From contig NC_000916.1 of NCBI RefSeq assembly GCF_000008645.1, positions 150,001-182,000 on the forward strand: a stretch of 32,000 nt of DNA, given 5' to 3'. A model generated the notes under the pieces. The model was not told where the DNA came from, searched no databases, and saw nothing but the letters and a program-made list of their open reading frames with translations. The DNA comes from Methanothermobacter thermautotrophicus str. Delta H. Lineage in GTDB: Archaea > Methanobacteriota > Methanobacteria > Methanobacteriales > Methanothermobacteraceae. Made by a program: the position numbers and the translations under genes. Below are positions 8,105 to 16,995 of this stretch, piece after piece. Position 1 is the stretch's first letter. Each line of letters begins with the position of its first letter.

Positions 8105-9781
8105 CTACCCCTTGATGGGGTAGGCCTTGCCTATAACCGCGGCTTCTGCAACTGCAGGGTGTGCGACAAAGACTGATTCAACCTCTGCAGTACCTATCCT
8201 GTGCCCTGCTATGTTCAGGACGTCATCGGATCTTCCCTGGATCCAGAAGTATCCGTCCTCGTCCTTCCTGGCCATGTCACCTGCGGTGTACACTCCGCCG
8301 GGGATCTGCTTCCAGTAAACATCGATGTACCTCTGCTCGTCGTTGAAGAGGGTCCTGAACATGGCTGGCCATGGCTTTCTGATCACAAGAAAACCACCCT
8401 TACCCAGGGGCACGGGGTCGCCATTCTCGTCAACCACGTCGGCCTCTATGCCCGGGAGGGGCTTTGTCACTGAACCCGGTTTAAGGGGTGTCACAGGTAG
8501 GGGTGCTATGAGGTGCATCCCTGTCTCGGTCTGCCACCAGGTGTCAATTATCGGGCACTTCTCCCTTCCAATGTTCCTGTAGTACCACATCCATGCCTCA
8601 GGGTTTATGGGTTCACCGACCGTACCAAGTATCTTGAGGGATTCAAGGTTGTAGCGTTTTGGGTGCTTGTCACCGAACCTCATGAGGTGCCTTATTGCGG
8701 TTGGTGCCGTGTAGAACTTGGTGACACCGTATTTCTCAACGATACTCCACCACACACCGGGGTCAGGGTAATCAGGTGCCCCCTCATAGAGGAGTGTTGT
8801 GGTTCCAAGTAGCAGCGGGCCATAGACAACATAGCTGTGACCTGTTATCCACCCGATGTCTGCTGTGCACCACCAGAGGTCTCCGTTGTGGATGTCAAAG
8901 GTCATCTCGAGGGTTGATGCAACCCCCACCATGTATCCTCCTGTTGTGTGTAGAACACCCTTTGGTTTTCCGGTGCTCCCCGAAGTGTAGAGTATGAAGA
9001 GGGGGTCCTCTGCATCCATCTCCTCTGCATCGCACCGGTCCCCTTCACCCTCTATGAGCTTATCGAAGAGCATTTCACGTCCACTTATATCCGACATCTC
9101 AATGTCGATGTCTGTGTGCTTTACAACCACTGTGGTTTCTATGGTGGGGCACTGGAGTATGGCCTCGTCCACTATGGGTTTGAGCTTTATAACCCCGCCC
9201 CTTCTGTAGGTACCGTCGGCTGTTATTATGATCTTTGCCCTTGCATCGTTCAGGCGTTCCACCAGGGCCCCCACACTGAGACCGGAGTATATGACACTGT
9301 GGACAGCACCTATCTTTGCACAGGCAAGCATTGAGATTACAAGTTCGGGGCACATTGGAAGGTAGAGGGCAACTGCATCGCCCTTTTTGATTCCAAGACT
9401 TTTGAGGGCATTAGCGGTCCTGTTAACCTCACGGTACAGTTCATAGTAGGTTAACTTCCTTTCATCCCCCCTCTCGTTCACGTATAGAATGGCGACCTGG
9501 TTTCTCTTGTCTGTGTCAAGCCACCTGTCAACGGCGTTGTAGGTCATGTTGATCTTACCGTTGACGAACCACCTGTAGAATGGTCTGTTGCTCTCATCAA
9601 GGACCCTGTCCCATTTTCTGAACCATTCGAATCTTTCAGCCTTTTCGGCCCAGTAGTTCTCATGGTCCTTTCCCTTTTCGAGCTCGGCCTCCCAGTTTTT
9701 TATGTGGGCCTCCTCCACAACGGTGTAGTGGGGTTTGAAGACCCTTTTCTCTTCCAGGAGAACTGAGGTATCCTTTGACAT
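8105..9781 (-). CDS. acs: AMP-forming acetyl-CoA synthetase, N-terminal 558 codons (ends at a premature in-frame TAG)
   Basis: Adenylate-forming motifs [23 protein letters not shown], plus the Acs-typical N-terminus. Normal Acs is ~630-650 aa. This ORF stops at ...AYPIKG-TAG, where relatives read ...PIKG(E/Q)xI. Confidence 0.9.
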   Translation of the reverse strand: MSKDTSVLLEEKRVFKPHYTVVEEAHIKNWEAELEKGKDHENYWAEKAERFEWFRKWDRVLDESNRPFYRWFVNGKINMTYNAVDRWLDTDKRNQVAILYVNERGDERKLTYYELYREVNRTANALKSLGIKKGDAVALYLPMCPELVISMLACAKIGAVHSVIYSGLSVGALVERLNDARAKIIITADGTYRRGGVIKLKPIVDEAILQCPTIETTVVVKHTDIDIEMSDISGREMLFDKLIEGEGDRCDAEEMDAEDPLFILYTSGSTGKPKGVLHTTGGYMVGVASTLEMTFDIHNGDLWWCTADIGWITGHSYVVYGPLLLGTTTLLYEGAPDYPDPGVWWSIVEKYGVTKFYTAPTAIRHLMRFGDKHPKRYNLESLKILGTVGEPINPEAWMWYYRNIGREKCPIIDTWWQTETGMHLIAPLPVTPLKPGSVTKPLPGIEADVVDENGDPVPLGKGGFLVIRKPWPAMFRTLFNDEQRYIDVYWKQIPGGVYTAGDMARKDEDGYFWIQGRSDDVLNIAGHRIGTAEVESVFVAHPAVAEAAVIGKAYPIKG

Positions 9782-9831
9782 TTTTCATACCGCCATCTTT
9801 TTCTTGGTTGGTAGTAGTAAGTTTCTCTCAA

Positions 9832-9843
9832 CTTATATATTTT
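9832..9843 (-). promoter_or_regulatory. Putative TATA box for acs
   Basis: The minus strand reads AAAATATATAAG about 55 nt upstream of ATG 9781, in an AT-rich spacer. Confidence 0.35.
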
Positions 9844-9899
9844 ACTATTATTAATCATGATAGATAATATTTATTATAAATTTTTTATTAATAACCTCG

Positions 9900-9906
9900 A
9901 AAAAAA
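9900..9906 (-). terminator. Oligo-T terminator after the thermosome gene
   Basis: T7 run on the minus strand starting 9 nt after the TAA stop (9916-9918). Confidence 0.5.
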
Positions 9907-9915
9907 TGAGGTGGG

Positions 9916-11544
9916 TTACATCATGGGGGGCATTCCACCCATTCCACCCATTCCTTCCATATCCTCCTCGTCCTTGGATGAGACATCAAAGCCCCTGGCG
10001 GCTATCATGTCATCTATACGGAGGATCATCTCAGCTGCCTCAGCTGCAGACTGGATGGCCTGTTTCTTGACCCTCTGGGGTTCGATTACTCCGGCCTCCT
10101 TCATGTCGACGATGTTACCATCGAAGACATCGATTCCCATGTAGGGTGATTCCTCATGGGCTGCCCTGAGGTCAACGAGGACGTCGATGCTGTCAAGACC
10201 TGCGTTCTCTGCAAGGGTCTTTGGCACGATTTCGAGGGCGTCTGCAAAGGCGGATACTGCCAGCTGCTCCCTGCCGCTTATGGTGTCAGCATACTCACGC
10301 AGTTTCCTGGCGATTTCAACCTCAGGCGCTCCTCCGCCTGCAACAACCTCCCTGTCCTCAAGTGTTGATGCAACGACTCCTATTGCATCCTCAAGGGCAC
10401 GCTCCATTTCCTCTGCAACATGCTTCGTGCTTCCCCTCAGTATTATGGAGATTGCCTTGGGGTCCCTGCATTCCTCAATGAATGTGAGGACCTCATCAAA
10501 GATCTTCTTCTCGTAGATAACACCGGCCTCTCCCAGATCTTCTGCTGTGAGGTCATCTATGTTGGTGACGAGTCTTGCGCCTGTGGCCTTCTCAATACGT
10601 TTGATGTCTGACTTCTTGACCCTCTTGAGGGCCATTATTCCCTCACGTGAGAGGTAGTGGAGTGCAAGGTCATCGATACCCTTCTGGCAGAACACGACGT
10701 TGGCGCCTGAGCTCTTTATCTTCTCAACCATGTCGCGGATCATCTGCTCTTCCTGTTCTATGAAGGCCTGCATCTGTGATGGGTCTGTTAGCCTTATCTT
10801 GGCATCGGTTTCAAGGTCCTTAACCTCTATCGGATACTTGAGGAGGGCTATCCTGGCTTTTTCGATTCTCTTTGGCATTGAGGTGTCTGCCCTTGACTTG
10901 TCAATTACTATGCCGTTCACGATTCTTGACTCGTTCACTGATGCGCCCTGTATCCTCTGTATGTTAATGTTGTCCTTGTCGATTTCACCGTCCTCTTCGA
11001 CCTGCATTACTGCGTCAACAACGAGTTCAGCAAGTTTTTCCTTGGCCCTCTCTGAACCCTTTCCTGTCATTGCAGTTATTGCGACCTTCATGAGGGTGTC
11101 CCTGTCGCTTGCTTCCATTGATATCTCTTCAAGTATCTCCTGGGCCTTCAGTGCTGCATTCCTGTAACCAAGTGCTATGATTGTTGGGTGCACACCCATT
11201 TCAATGAGTTTTTCAGCTTCCTTGAGCAGTTCACCTGCTATTATGACTGCAGTGGTTGTACCGTCCCCCACCTCGTCTTCCTGGGTCTTTGCAACCTCCA
11301 CCAGCATTTTTGCTGCGGGGTGTGAGATGTCCATTTCCCTGAGGATCGTAACTCCATCATTTGTAATCACGATGTCTCCAAGGGAGTCAACAAGCATCTT
11401 GTCCATACCCTTGGGTCCAAGGGTTGTCCTCACAGTCTCTGCAAGAACCTTACCCGCAAGGATGTTGATTCTCTGTGCTTCCCTTCCAACGTAACGGCTT
11501 GTATCCTGTGGTAATATGAATATGGGCTGCTGTCCCTGTGCCAT
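9916..11544 (-). CDS. ths: Thermosome (group II chaperonin) subunit
   Basis: [29 protein letters not shown] and a C-terminal GGM-repeat tail ([11 protein letters not shown]). ATG 11544 is preceded by AAGAGGTGATTTA; the track starts at TTG 11574. Confidence 0.95.
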   Translation of the reverse strand: MAQGQQPIFILPQDTSRYVGREAQRINILAGKVLAETVRTTLGPKGMDKMLVDSLGDIVITNDGVTILREMDISHPAAKMLVEVAKTQEDEVGDGTTTAVIIAGELLKEAEKLIEMGVHPTIIALGYRNAALKAQEILEEISMEASDRDTLMKVAITAMTGKGSERAKEKLAELVVDAVMQVEEDGEIDKDNINIQRIQGASVNESRIVNGIVIDKSRADTSMPKRIEKARIALLKYPIEVKDLETDAKIRLTDPSQMQAFIEQEEQMIRDMVEKIKSSGANVVFCQKGIDDLALHYLSREGIMALKRVKKSDIKRIEKATGARLVTNIDDLTAEDLGEAGVIYEKKIFDEVLTFIEECRDPKAISIILRGSTKHVAEEMERALEDAIGVVASTLEDREVVAGGGAPEVEIARKLREYADTISGREQLAVSAFADALEIVPKTLAENAGLDSIDVLVDLRAAHEESPYMGIDVFDGNIVDMKEAGVIEPQRVKKQAIQSAAEAAEMILRIDDMIAARGFDVSSKDEEDMEGMGGMGGMPPMM

Positions 11545-11594
11545 TAAATCACCTCTTAAATAAATAGCATGCAATTATCCATGGGTTTAAGGTT

Positions 11595-11604
11595 CTATAA
11601 ATAA
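11595..11604 (-). promoter_or_regulatory. Putative TATA box for the thermosome gene
   Basis: The minus strand reads TTATTTATAG about 50-60 nt upstream of ATG 11544. Confidence 0.35.
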
Positions 11605-11714
11605 TTTGTGTAGAAGATCCTGTGGGTTTCTGGTTTCTGCAGACTTACTGGAAGAGTTGCAGATGGATTCCTCTTCCTGGAAATAAATAATTGACTGGAG
11701 ATGGTGGCGTGTGG

Positions 11715-12128
11715 TTAACGGTTGGGGAATATCTTCGGCAGGAAGGTCTGACAGAAGTCTGGTGTAATCTTTGAGGTTTCATGCTCAAGTTTTTCCACTA
11801 TCTCCTCTTCGAGTTCAGGTGTCTTTGATGCCTCAACAGTGAAGGTCTCGCCGTCGATCCAGAGCCTGAGTGACTCCTGACCCATGGTCATACTGAATTC
11901 AACGGTGTTACCCCTTTCAATATCGCTTATTATATCATCCAGGATATCATCTGATAGTTTCAGGAGCTTCCTGCCCTCCGGTTCATAGGTTCTCTTCGAG
12001 GTCCTGATACGGGTTATGCGCACCGGTGCGCACCCCTCTTCCCTTATTGTCTTCCTTACGGTCCAGAAGAGGCTCACAACAATTTTCTTCTCAGGGTCAT
12101 GACTGCCCTTAAATTTGATTGATTTCAT
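11715..12128 (-). CDS. Hypothetical protein, 137 aa
   Basis: ATG preceded by GCAGTGATTTA. Starts 51 nt after the fprA stop with no T-run between, so it may be co-transcribed. I recognise no motif. Confidence 0.6.
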   Translation of the reverse strand: MKSIKFKGSHDPEKKIVVSLFWTVRKTIREEGCAPVRITRIRTSKRTYEPEGRKLLKLSDDILDDIISDIERGNTVEFSMTMGQESLRLWIDGETFTVEASKTPELEEEIVEKLEHETSKITPDFCQTFLPKIFPNR

Positions 12129-12179
12129 TAAATCACTGCATCCTTTAAACTATGTTTCCTGCATTACTCATTTTGAAAG

Positions 12180-13400
12180 CTACATTTTCTTTATCCTTTC
12201 ACCGACGCTCTTCCCGATGCTGTAGCATTCATCCAGGTCTCCGGAGGTGGGGACATAGTTAACCTCAAAGGTTTCAGCAACCTCGAATCCTGCACCTGAG
12301 AGCTCCTCCTGAAGGGTTCTCACTGCACCGCCACCCCATCCCTTTGATCCGAATACAACTGCAAGCCTTTTAAAGCCTGTGCGATCGAACGTAAGTCCTT
12401 TGAGATAATATATAAGGTCACCGAGGCTTGGGAATGGTCCGTTGAACATTGTTGGGCTTCCTATGAATACTGCCTTGCTCTCAAGGATATTCTTCACAAT
12501 CTCACTCCTCTCATCCTCATGAAGGAAGTGCATCGACACATCCACGTCCGCTGCCATGAGACCCTCGGCCATGGCATGTGCCAGCATCCTGGTGGAGTAG
12601 TGCATGGTGTCATAGATTATGGTGGCCTTGTCCCTGCACTTCCCGGTGGCCCAGTCAGTGTATGCAGCTATTATCTTCAGGGGCTCGGTCCATATCTGGC
12701 CGTGGGAGGGCGCTATCATCCCTATCTTCTCAAGGAGGCCCAGTTCCTTAACCTCACTGAACTTCCTGAGTACAAGGGGGGAGAGTGGTGTTAAAAGGTT
12801 TGCATAGAATTTCATGGCAGCATCCATCAGTACAGCTTCAGGGACGTCCTTATCAAAGCGTTTGCTGATGCAGAGGTGCTGTCCGAAGGCATCATTTGAG
12901 AAGAGAATACCTTCCTCCTCGAGGAGGGTGAACATGCTGTCTGGCCAGTGGAGCATTGGGGCCTCAAGGAATGTGAGGGTCTTTCCCCCGAGGTCAGTGC
13001 TGTCCCCTGTTTTAACGGTCTGCATCGGGGTATCCTGGGGTATGGAATAGTGCTGCCTGAGGCCCTCAGCTGCCTTTGCGGTGCAGATTATCTCTGAACC
13101 GTACCTTTTGAGGACCTCGGTGATGGAACCGCTGTGATCCCTTTCAATGTGGTTCTGTATTATGAGGTCAATCTTTTCATCCCTTCCTTCCCTTTCAAAG
13201 GCGTCGGTTATCCTTCCAAACATCTGTGAAGAGGTTCCGGGGTAAGTGTTGTCAACAAGGGCCACCCGTTCATCCCCAAATATGAGGTAGGTATTGTAGG
13301 TTGTGCCTCCAAGGGTGTAACCATGGTAGCTCCTTATGTCCCAGTCCATCACACCAACCCAGTAGACACCATCCGCAATTTTTACTGCATCAGCCTTCAT
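12180..13400 (-). CDS. fprA: Type-A flavoprotein / F420H2 oxidase (FprA): metallo-beta-lactamase-like di-iron domain plus flavodoxin domain
   Basis: Di-iron ligand block NHIERDHSG (HxExDH), GVYWVG, and a C-terminal flavodoxin-like VFIGSPT...[13 protein letters not shown] 13400 has GGTG upstream; the track starts at TTG 13412. Confidence 0.9.
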   Translation of the reverse strand: MKADAVKIADGVYWVGVMDWDIRSYHGYTLGGTTYNTYLIFGDERVALVDNTYPGTSSQMFGRITDAFEREGRDEKIDLIIQNHIERDHSGSITEVLKRYGSEIICTAKAAEGLRQHYSIPQDTPMQTVKTGDSTDLGGKTLTFLEAPMLHWPDSMFTLLEEEGILFSNDAFGQHLCISKRFDKDVPEAVLMDAAMKFYANLLTPLSPLVLRKFSEVKELGLLEKIGMIAPSHGQIWTEPLKIIAAYTDWATGKCRDKATIIYDTMHYSTRMLAHAMAEGLMAADVDVSMHFLHEDERSEIVKNILESKAVFIGSPTMFNGPFPSLGDLIYYLKGLTFDRTGFKRLAVVFGSKGWGGGAVRTLQEELSGAGFEVAETFEVNYVPTSGDLDECYSIGKSVGERIKKM

Positions 13401-13440
13401 ATTAAACACCAACTTACTGTATGTTGAACTTCATTATTAA

Positions 13441-13514
13441 ATTATACAATTTTATGGGGTGAGGTGGTGCTGATTTTGGGGGGGGTGATTATACAATTTG
13501 TGGTGCTGATTTTT
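13441..13514. repeat. Imperfect direct duplication in the fprA upstream region
   Basis: ATTATACAATTT + GTGGTGCTGATTTT occurs twice. Copy 1 is 13441-13452 and 13464-13477, split by the 11-nt insert TATGGGGTGAG. Copy 2 is contiguous at 13488-13514. Confidence 0.7.
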
Positions 13515-13627
13515 CAGGCTGGAATGGGTCATGTTCTCTTTCTTTATGCCAGAAGAACGAATTTTTGTAGCAGACAACTAGTCTGCCAGTAAATATGATG
13601 TGATGTGCATTCAGATGTTTATTAATT

Positions 13628-13635
13628 AAAAAAAA
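13628..13635 (-). terminator. Oligo-T terminator after the Fe-S protein gene
   Basis: T8 run on the minus strand starting 4 nt after the TAA stop (13640-13642). Confidence 0.5.
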
Positions 13636-13639
13636 TAGT

Positions 13640-14452
13640 TTAGAGCTTCCCCCTTTCTTCCAGCTTCTGCCTTAACTTCATGAATTTTGATCGGACCGTT
13701 TCATAGCCCTTACTGTAGAATGGACAGCTCTCTATGCAGTAGGTGCATCCCTCACTGCACCCAAGGCATCTATCCTCAAGGAGCAAGACTGTGGATCCAC
13801 AGCAGGTATCCACCTCCACCAGGGCATCCTCAGGACAGGCCTTTATGCATTTACCGCACCTTGCACAGTACTCAGGGATCCATGAATGCTCACTGGCCTT
13901 CTGAGGAAGGTTGGATATGCTCGTGAGCACTGCAGATACTTTCTGGGCCGGCCCTGTCTCCGGACCTATGAGAAGGCCGTTAGTCCCCTTAAAACCAATA
14001 CCTGCATTCTGGGCCAGGGATGTGAGATCCAGGAGTCCACTCATGGGGTGGATGGCCACGGCACCGTACCCATTCTCTCTGAGGTAATCTGAAACCCTGA
14101 AGGTTAAATCGGCAAGTTCATCGTAGAGTCTGTCATTCATGGCCTGGGCCTCCTCCCTTGGAGGAGTGCCTATAAGTTCATCATCCATCTTCAATGTGAG
14201 TACCACGGCGTTCTTATACTTAAAATCACCTGCAAGGATAACCTCTGGGGTTATGGACGCATAACCCATGCTGGCTATGCCAAGTGAACGTGCGTAATCC
14301 TCAAGTCTGCTAAGGAATTCTCTGCTGGCTGTGGTGGATGGTGTTTCAGGTTCAGGGACCTCTGACTGGTCAGGGTACTCAAGAAATCCACAGCTGCAGC
14401 TGCAGCCACTGATGGTGTTCTGTGCATCTCCACAGCAGTTATTTTCCTCCAT
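13640..14452 (-). CDS. QueG/reductive-dehalogenase-like iron-sulfur protein (two 4Fe-4S motifs) with a Cys-rich N-terminus
   Basis: ATG preceded by GAGGTGATTAA. Ferredoxin motifs [12 protein letters not shown] and [16 protein letters not shown]. The preceding block [32 protein letters not shown] resembles the QueG/RdhA core (AGLGxxGKNxLLIxPxxG). The N-terminus reads [20 protein letters not shown]. Confidence 0.75.
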   Translation of the reverse strand: MEENNCCGDAQNTISGCSCSCGFLEYPDQSEVPEPETPSTTASREFLSRLEDYARSLGIASMGYASITPEVILAGDFKYKNAVVLTLKMDDELIGTPPREEAQAMNDRLYDELADLTFRVSDYLRENGYGAVAIHPMSGLLDLTSLAQNAGIGFKGTNGLLIGPETGPAQKVSAVLTSISNLPQKASEHSWIPEYCARCGKCIKACPEDALVEVDTCCGSTVLLLEDRCLGCSEGCTYCIESCPFYSKGYETVRSKFMKLRQKLEERGKL

Positions 14453-14549
14453 TTAATCACCTCAGTTTACATATGAATGGATGTTCATATTTATATTTAT
14501 GGATATAGTGTCCATGTGTTTTCACTATCCGTATGAATGTTTGCCCGGT

Positions 14550-15077
14550 TCACTCCTCTATCTCGTACTCAAATTCCCAGAAGGGGGTGCCCTCTGATTC
14601 CTCACCCTCGAGGTGTTCCATCTCATGGGCAACTCCATAGGCACCTGAACCCGTGAACCGGAGGGGTTTTTCCAGTCTCTTTAGCCGGATCTTAAGGTCA
14701 AGGGGGTCAAGCACGGCCCTCAAAATGTAGTCACCATCCACAACAACACGGTAGGGCCTGCTCACAAGCTCTCGCTCGTTCCTGGAACCGCACTTCTCAA
14801 AGCGGTAAACGGTTCCCTCCTCACTGATTATCCTGGGATTCAGAAAAAGGTACACTATCTCAAGGGTACGGCCGATCATCTCATCCTCATCAAAGCGGGT
14901 GACCTTCTCCTTGATGGCCATGAACCGGCTGGAGTTCTTCCTCAGACTCCAGTCCCCACCGAATCTTATGGAGAAAAGAAGGGGGAGGAAGGCGTCGGGG
15001 GGTATCTGGAGTTTCTCGATAACCCTCTTCTCAGTAATGGTGAACCTGAGGAGTTTCTTCAGGTCAGCATCGTCCAA
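14550..15077 (-). CDS. Divergent peptide-deformylase-like metallohydrolase
   Basis: TTG start preceded by GGTGATAAC. PDF motif 2-like FEKCGS (Cys96) and motif 3 AHEMEHLEG (His151/His155; E. coli has QHEMDHLVG). The block YLFLNPRII lines up with LVLINPELL. Motif 1 is degenerate (FGGDWSLRK instead of GIGLAATQ). 175 aa, PDF-like in length. Confidence 0.65.
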   Translation of the reverse strand: MDDADLKKLLRFTITEKRVIEKLQIPPDAFLPLLFSIRFGGDWSLRKNSSRFMAIKEKVTRFDEDEMIGRTLEIVYLFLNPRIISEEGTVYRFEKCGSRNERELVSRPYRVVVDGDYILRAVLDPLDLKIRLKRLEKPLRFTGSGAYGVAHEMEHLEGEESEGTPFWEFEYEIEE

Positions 15078-15128
15078 GTTATCACCATTCCGGGCGTTCT
15101 CTGCCTCTACTCTGGGGGTTCACTGAAT

Positions 15129-16517
15129 TCAGGGCGTCTTTCTGAGGTTGAAGTCGGCTATCGCCCTTTCCACCACGGAGATTATTGCATCATCAAGTTC
15201 ATCCTGGGCACCATCCCTCACAACCGGGATGTTGTCGCAGTATATGACCTCGAGTCCAGCCTCAAGGGCGTCCTTCGTTGCAACGTCAACTGCAGCGGCC
15301 TTGAGTTCAGTTAGCATCACATCAGCGTCCTCTATGTACCTTTCAATGTCCCTCTGAAGCAGTGGCCTGTTTGAGAGGTGTGGTGTGGTGCCCACAACCC
15401 TGCAGCTGTACTCTGATTCAAGATATTCAACCAGGAGGTCCTTCACTGAGTCAGGGGCTGTTGTTGCAAAGAGCACATTCTTACCCTCAATCTCACCCAA
15501 GGGCTTTGGTCTGAAGACAGTTGTTATAACCTCAGCTTCGGGGTTTATGGATTCAATGAAATCGACTATCTCCCTGACCTTTTCATCCCCTGCCATGGGC
15601 TCCTCGCACATGGTGACTATCACAAGGTCCGCAAGTCCAATCCTGAAGGGTCCGAAGAAGTTCTTTATGTTTATAAGTGGCTGGTTTGCACCGACAAGTA
15701 CTATGTGGCGGTTTGATTTCACCGGAGGGATGGCTGCACCGCTGCCCTCAAGGATAACAAAGTCTGCGTCCAGTCTGTTGGCGGTTTCAGCGCCACGCTT
15801 CATGTTTGTTATGAAGACATCTCCCACCATACCTCCCCCGCATCTTCTGCAGCCAACGGTGAGTATCCTGCTCATGAGTGCATCCTCCCAGTGGTCAGAG
15901 GCTGCATGCACACCCTTATCTGACTGCTCCATGAGAAACTCGGGGGTTATTTCGATCCGGTCGCCATGGACGATCTCGGGTTCCTCGGGACCCCCACGGC
16001 CCATAGCAACGACACAGGGGTTGTACTGGCGTTCGTGGATCAGTCGGGCGGCATAGGCGGATACTGCAGTTTTACCTATCCTCTTACCCGTGCCCAGTAT
16101 CTTGAGTGAGGGTTTCTCAAGTATGTCATACTCTGTCAGGGGCTGGAATTCGAAGTCCGGGCCCCTGTAGACTGCACCCTCACCCAGGACAACTGAGGCT
16201 ATCCTGAACCTCTTGGAGTAGTCAAGGACAGGTTCATCACTGAGGTCCATGACGGTATCTGCACCATACTTTCTTATGAGTTCTCCTATGAGTTTGTAGG
16301 GGATCCTGTGGGGGTCATCCCCGAAGTGGACCGGTCTGCCCATTATTTCAGTGTATTCCTCAGGGGAGGATGTCCTGAGCTTCTCTGTCCCACCAATAAA
16401 GATCAGGGCCTTCACATCAATGTGCTCCATTGAGTCAAGGGTTTCAACTGCTGCTCTTGTCACAGGCAGGTAGTGCTCTCCATCAACAAGACAGATCATG
16501 GTTTCTGTGGCCTTCAT
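15129..16517 (-). CDS. cpgS: Cyclic 2,3-diphosphoglycerate synthetase
   Basis: About 460 aa with the N-terminal [10 protein letters not shown]... and the P-loop [10 protein letters not shown], as I recall for the Methanothermus/Methanothermobacter enzyme. ATG 16517 has AGGTG 7 nt upstream; the track starts at TTG 16523. Confidence 0.8.
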   Translation of the reverse strand: MKATETMICLVDGEHYLPVTRAAVETLDSMEHIDVKALIFIGGTEKLRTSSPEEYTEIMGRPVHFGDDPHRIPYKLIGELIRKYGADTVMDLSDEPVLDYSKRFRIASVVLGEGAVYRGPDFEFQPLTEYDILEKPSLKILGTGKRIGKTAVSAYAARLIHERQYNPCVVAMGRGGPEEPEIVHGDRIEITPEFLMEQSDKGVHAASDHWEDALMSRILTVGCRRCGGGMVGDVFITNMKRGAETANRLDADFVILEGSGAAIPPVKSNRHIVLVGANQPLINIKNFFGPFRIGLADLVIVTMCEEPMAGDEKVREIVDFIESINPEAEVITTVFRPKPLGEIEGKNVLFATTAPDSVKDLLVEYLESEYSCRVVGTTPHLSNRPLLQRDIERYIEDADVMLTELKAAAVDVATKDALEAGLEVIYCDNIPVVRDGAQDELDDAIISVVERAIADFNLRKTP

Positions 16518-16686
16518 AAACAAACACCTGTTATAAATAACTCTGTTATAGATATGGGATTGGTGCTATTAAAAATAGGCGGCAAGTACTGATAAGAATA
16601 ATACGGGTATAAGTAATAAATATGTGGCTGGCACCACTGCTGACTAACTGGAACTGGCGGTTCTTGCTGGCATGTAGGAGGTTATT

Positions 16687-16995
16687 TTACTTTGCCTCGA
16701 GCCTGGCCTCCATCTTGACGACTTCTTTCCTTGATCTCCTTGCAAGTTCTGAGAGGCCATTCACAACATTTGGTGGAAGATTGTTACCTTCTTTCCTGGC
16801 GAGGATCTCTGAGATGGCGCTTGAGAGCACAAAAATAGCGTACTTATGTTCGGCCTTGGTACGGTGGATGTGGTGGGGGCTGATGTTCAGGGAGAAGTAC
16901 TCCTCGCATTCATCCTTTATATCATATCCATTCTCAAGGTACTTCAGAACATATACCAGAAATTGGTGCAGTTGTATCATTTCATCCTTATACAT
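16687..16995 (-). CDS. Small conserved archaeal protein (UPF0058-like)
   Basis: 102 aa. The N-terminal MYKDEMIQLHQFLVYVLKYL and the His-rich ISPHHIHRTKAEHKYA resemble the UPF0058 family as I remember it. Family assignment is from memory only. Confidence 0.65.
   Translation of the reverse strand: MYKDEMIQLHQFLVYVLKYLENGYDIKDECEEYFSLNISPHHIHRTKAEHKYAIFVLSSAISEILARKEGNNLPPNVVNGLSELARRSRKEVVKMEARLEAK

Noticed and set aside
8105-8107. In-frame TAG in acs read as pyrrolysine
   Set aside because: Pyrrolysine decoding needs the pyl genes, known to me in Methanosarcinales/Methanomassiliicoccales-type lineages and not in Methanobacteriales. None is visible here. The position aligns with an ordinary Glu or Gln in homologues, so a point mutation or sequencing error is far more likely.
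9931-9957. Tandem 9-nt repeat (CATTCCACC x2, then CATTCCTTC)
   Set aside because: It lies inside the thermosome gene and simply encodes the characteristic C-terminal GGM-repeat tail of group II chaperonins. It is not an independent repeat element.
10700-11167. Long antisense ORFs in the track, such as 10700-11167 (+) and 11177-11494 (+) opposite the thermosome gene. Others are 515-928, 2598-3050, 4908-5258, 6564-7058, 15385-16056, 18701-19219, 19223-19633, 24389-24925, 26508-26954 and 31180-31733.
   Set aside because: All lie entirely within, and antisense or out of frame to, strongly supported genes. They have low-complexity Ser/Pro/Arg-rich translations and no SD or promoter context, so they are shadow ORFs.
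13441-13514. Direct repeats upstream of fprA as a mini-CRISPR array
   Set aside because: There are only two copies, the repeats are short and AT-rich, one carries an internal insertion, and there is no spacer-repeat periodicity or cas gene. A promoter-region duplication fits better.
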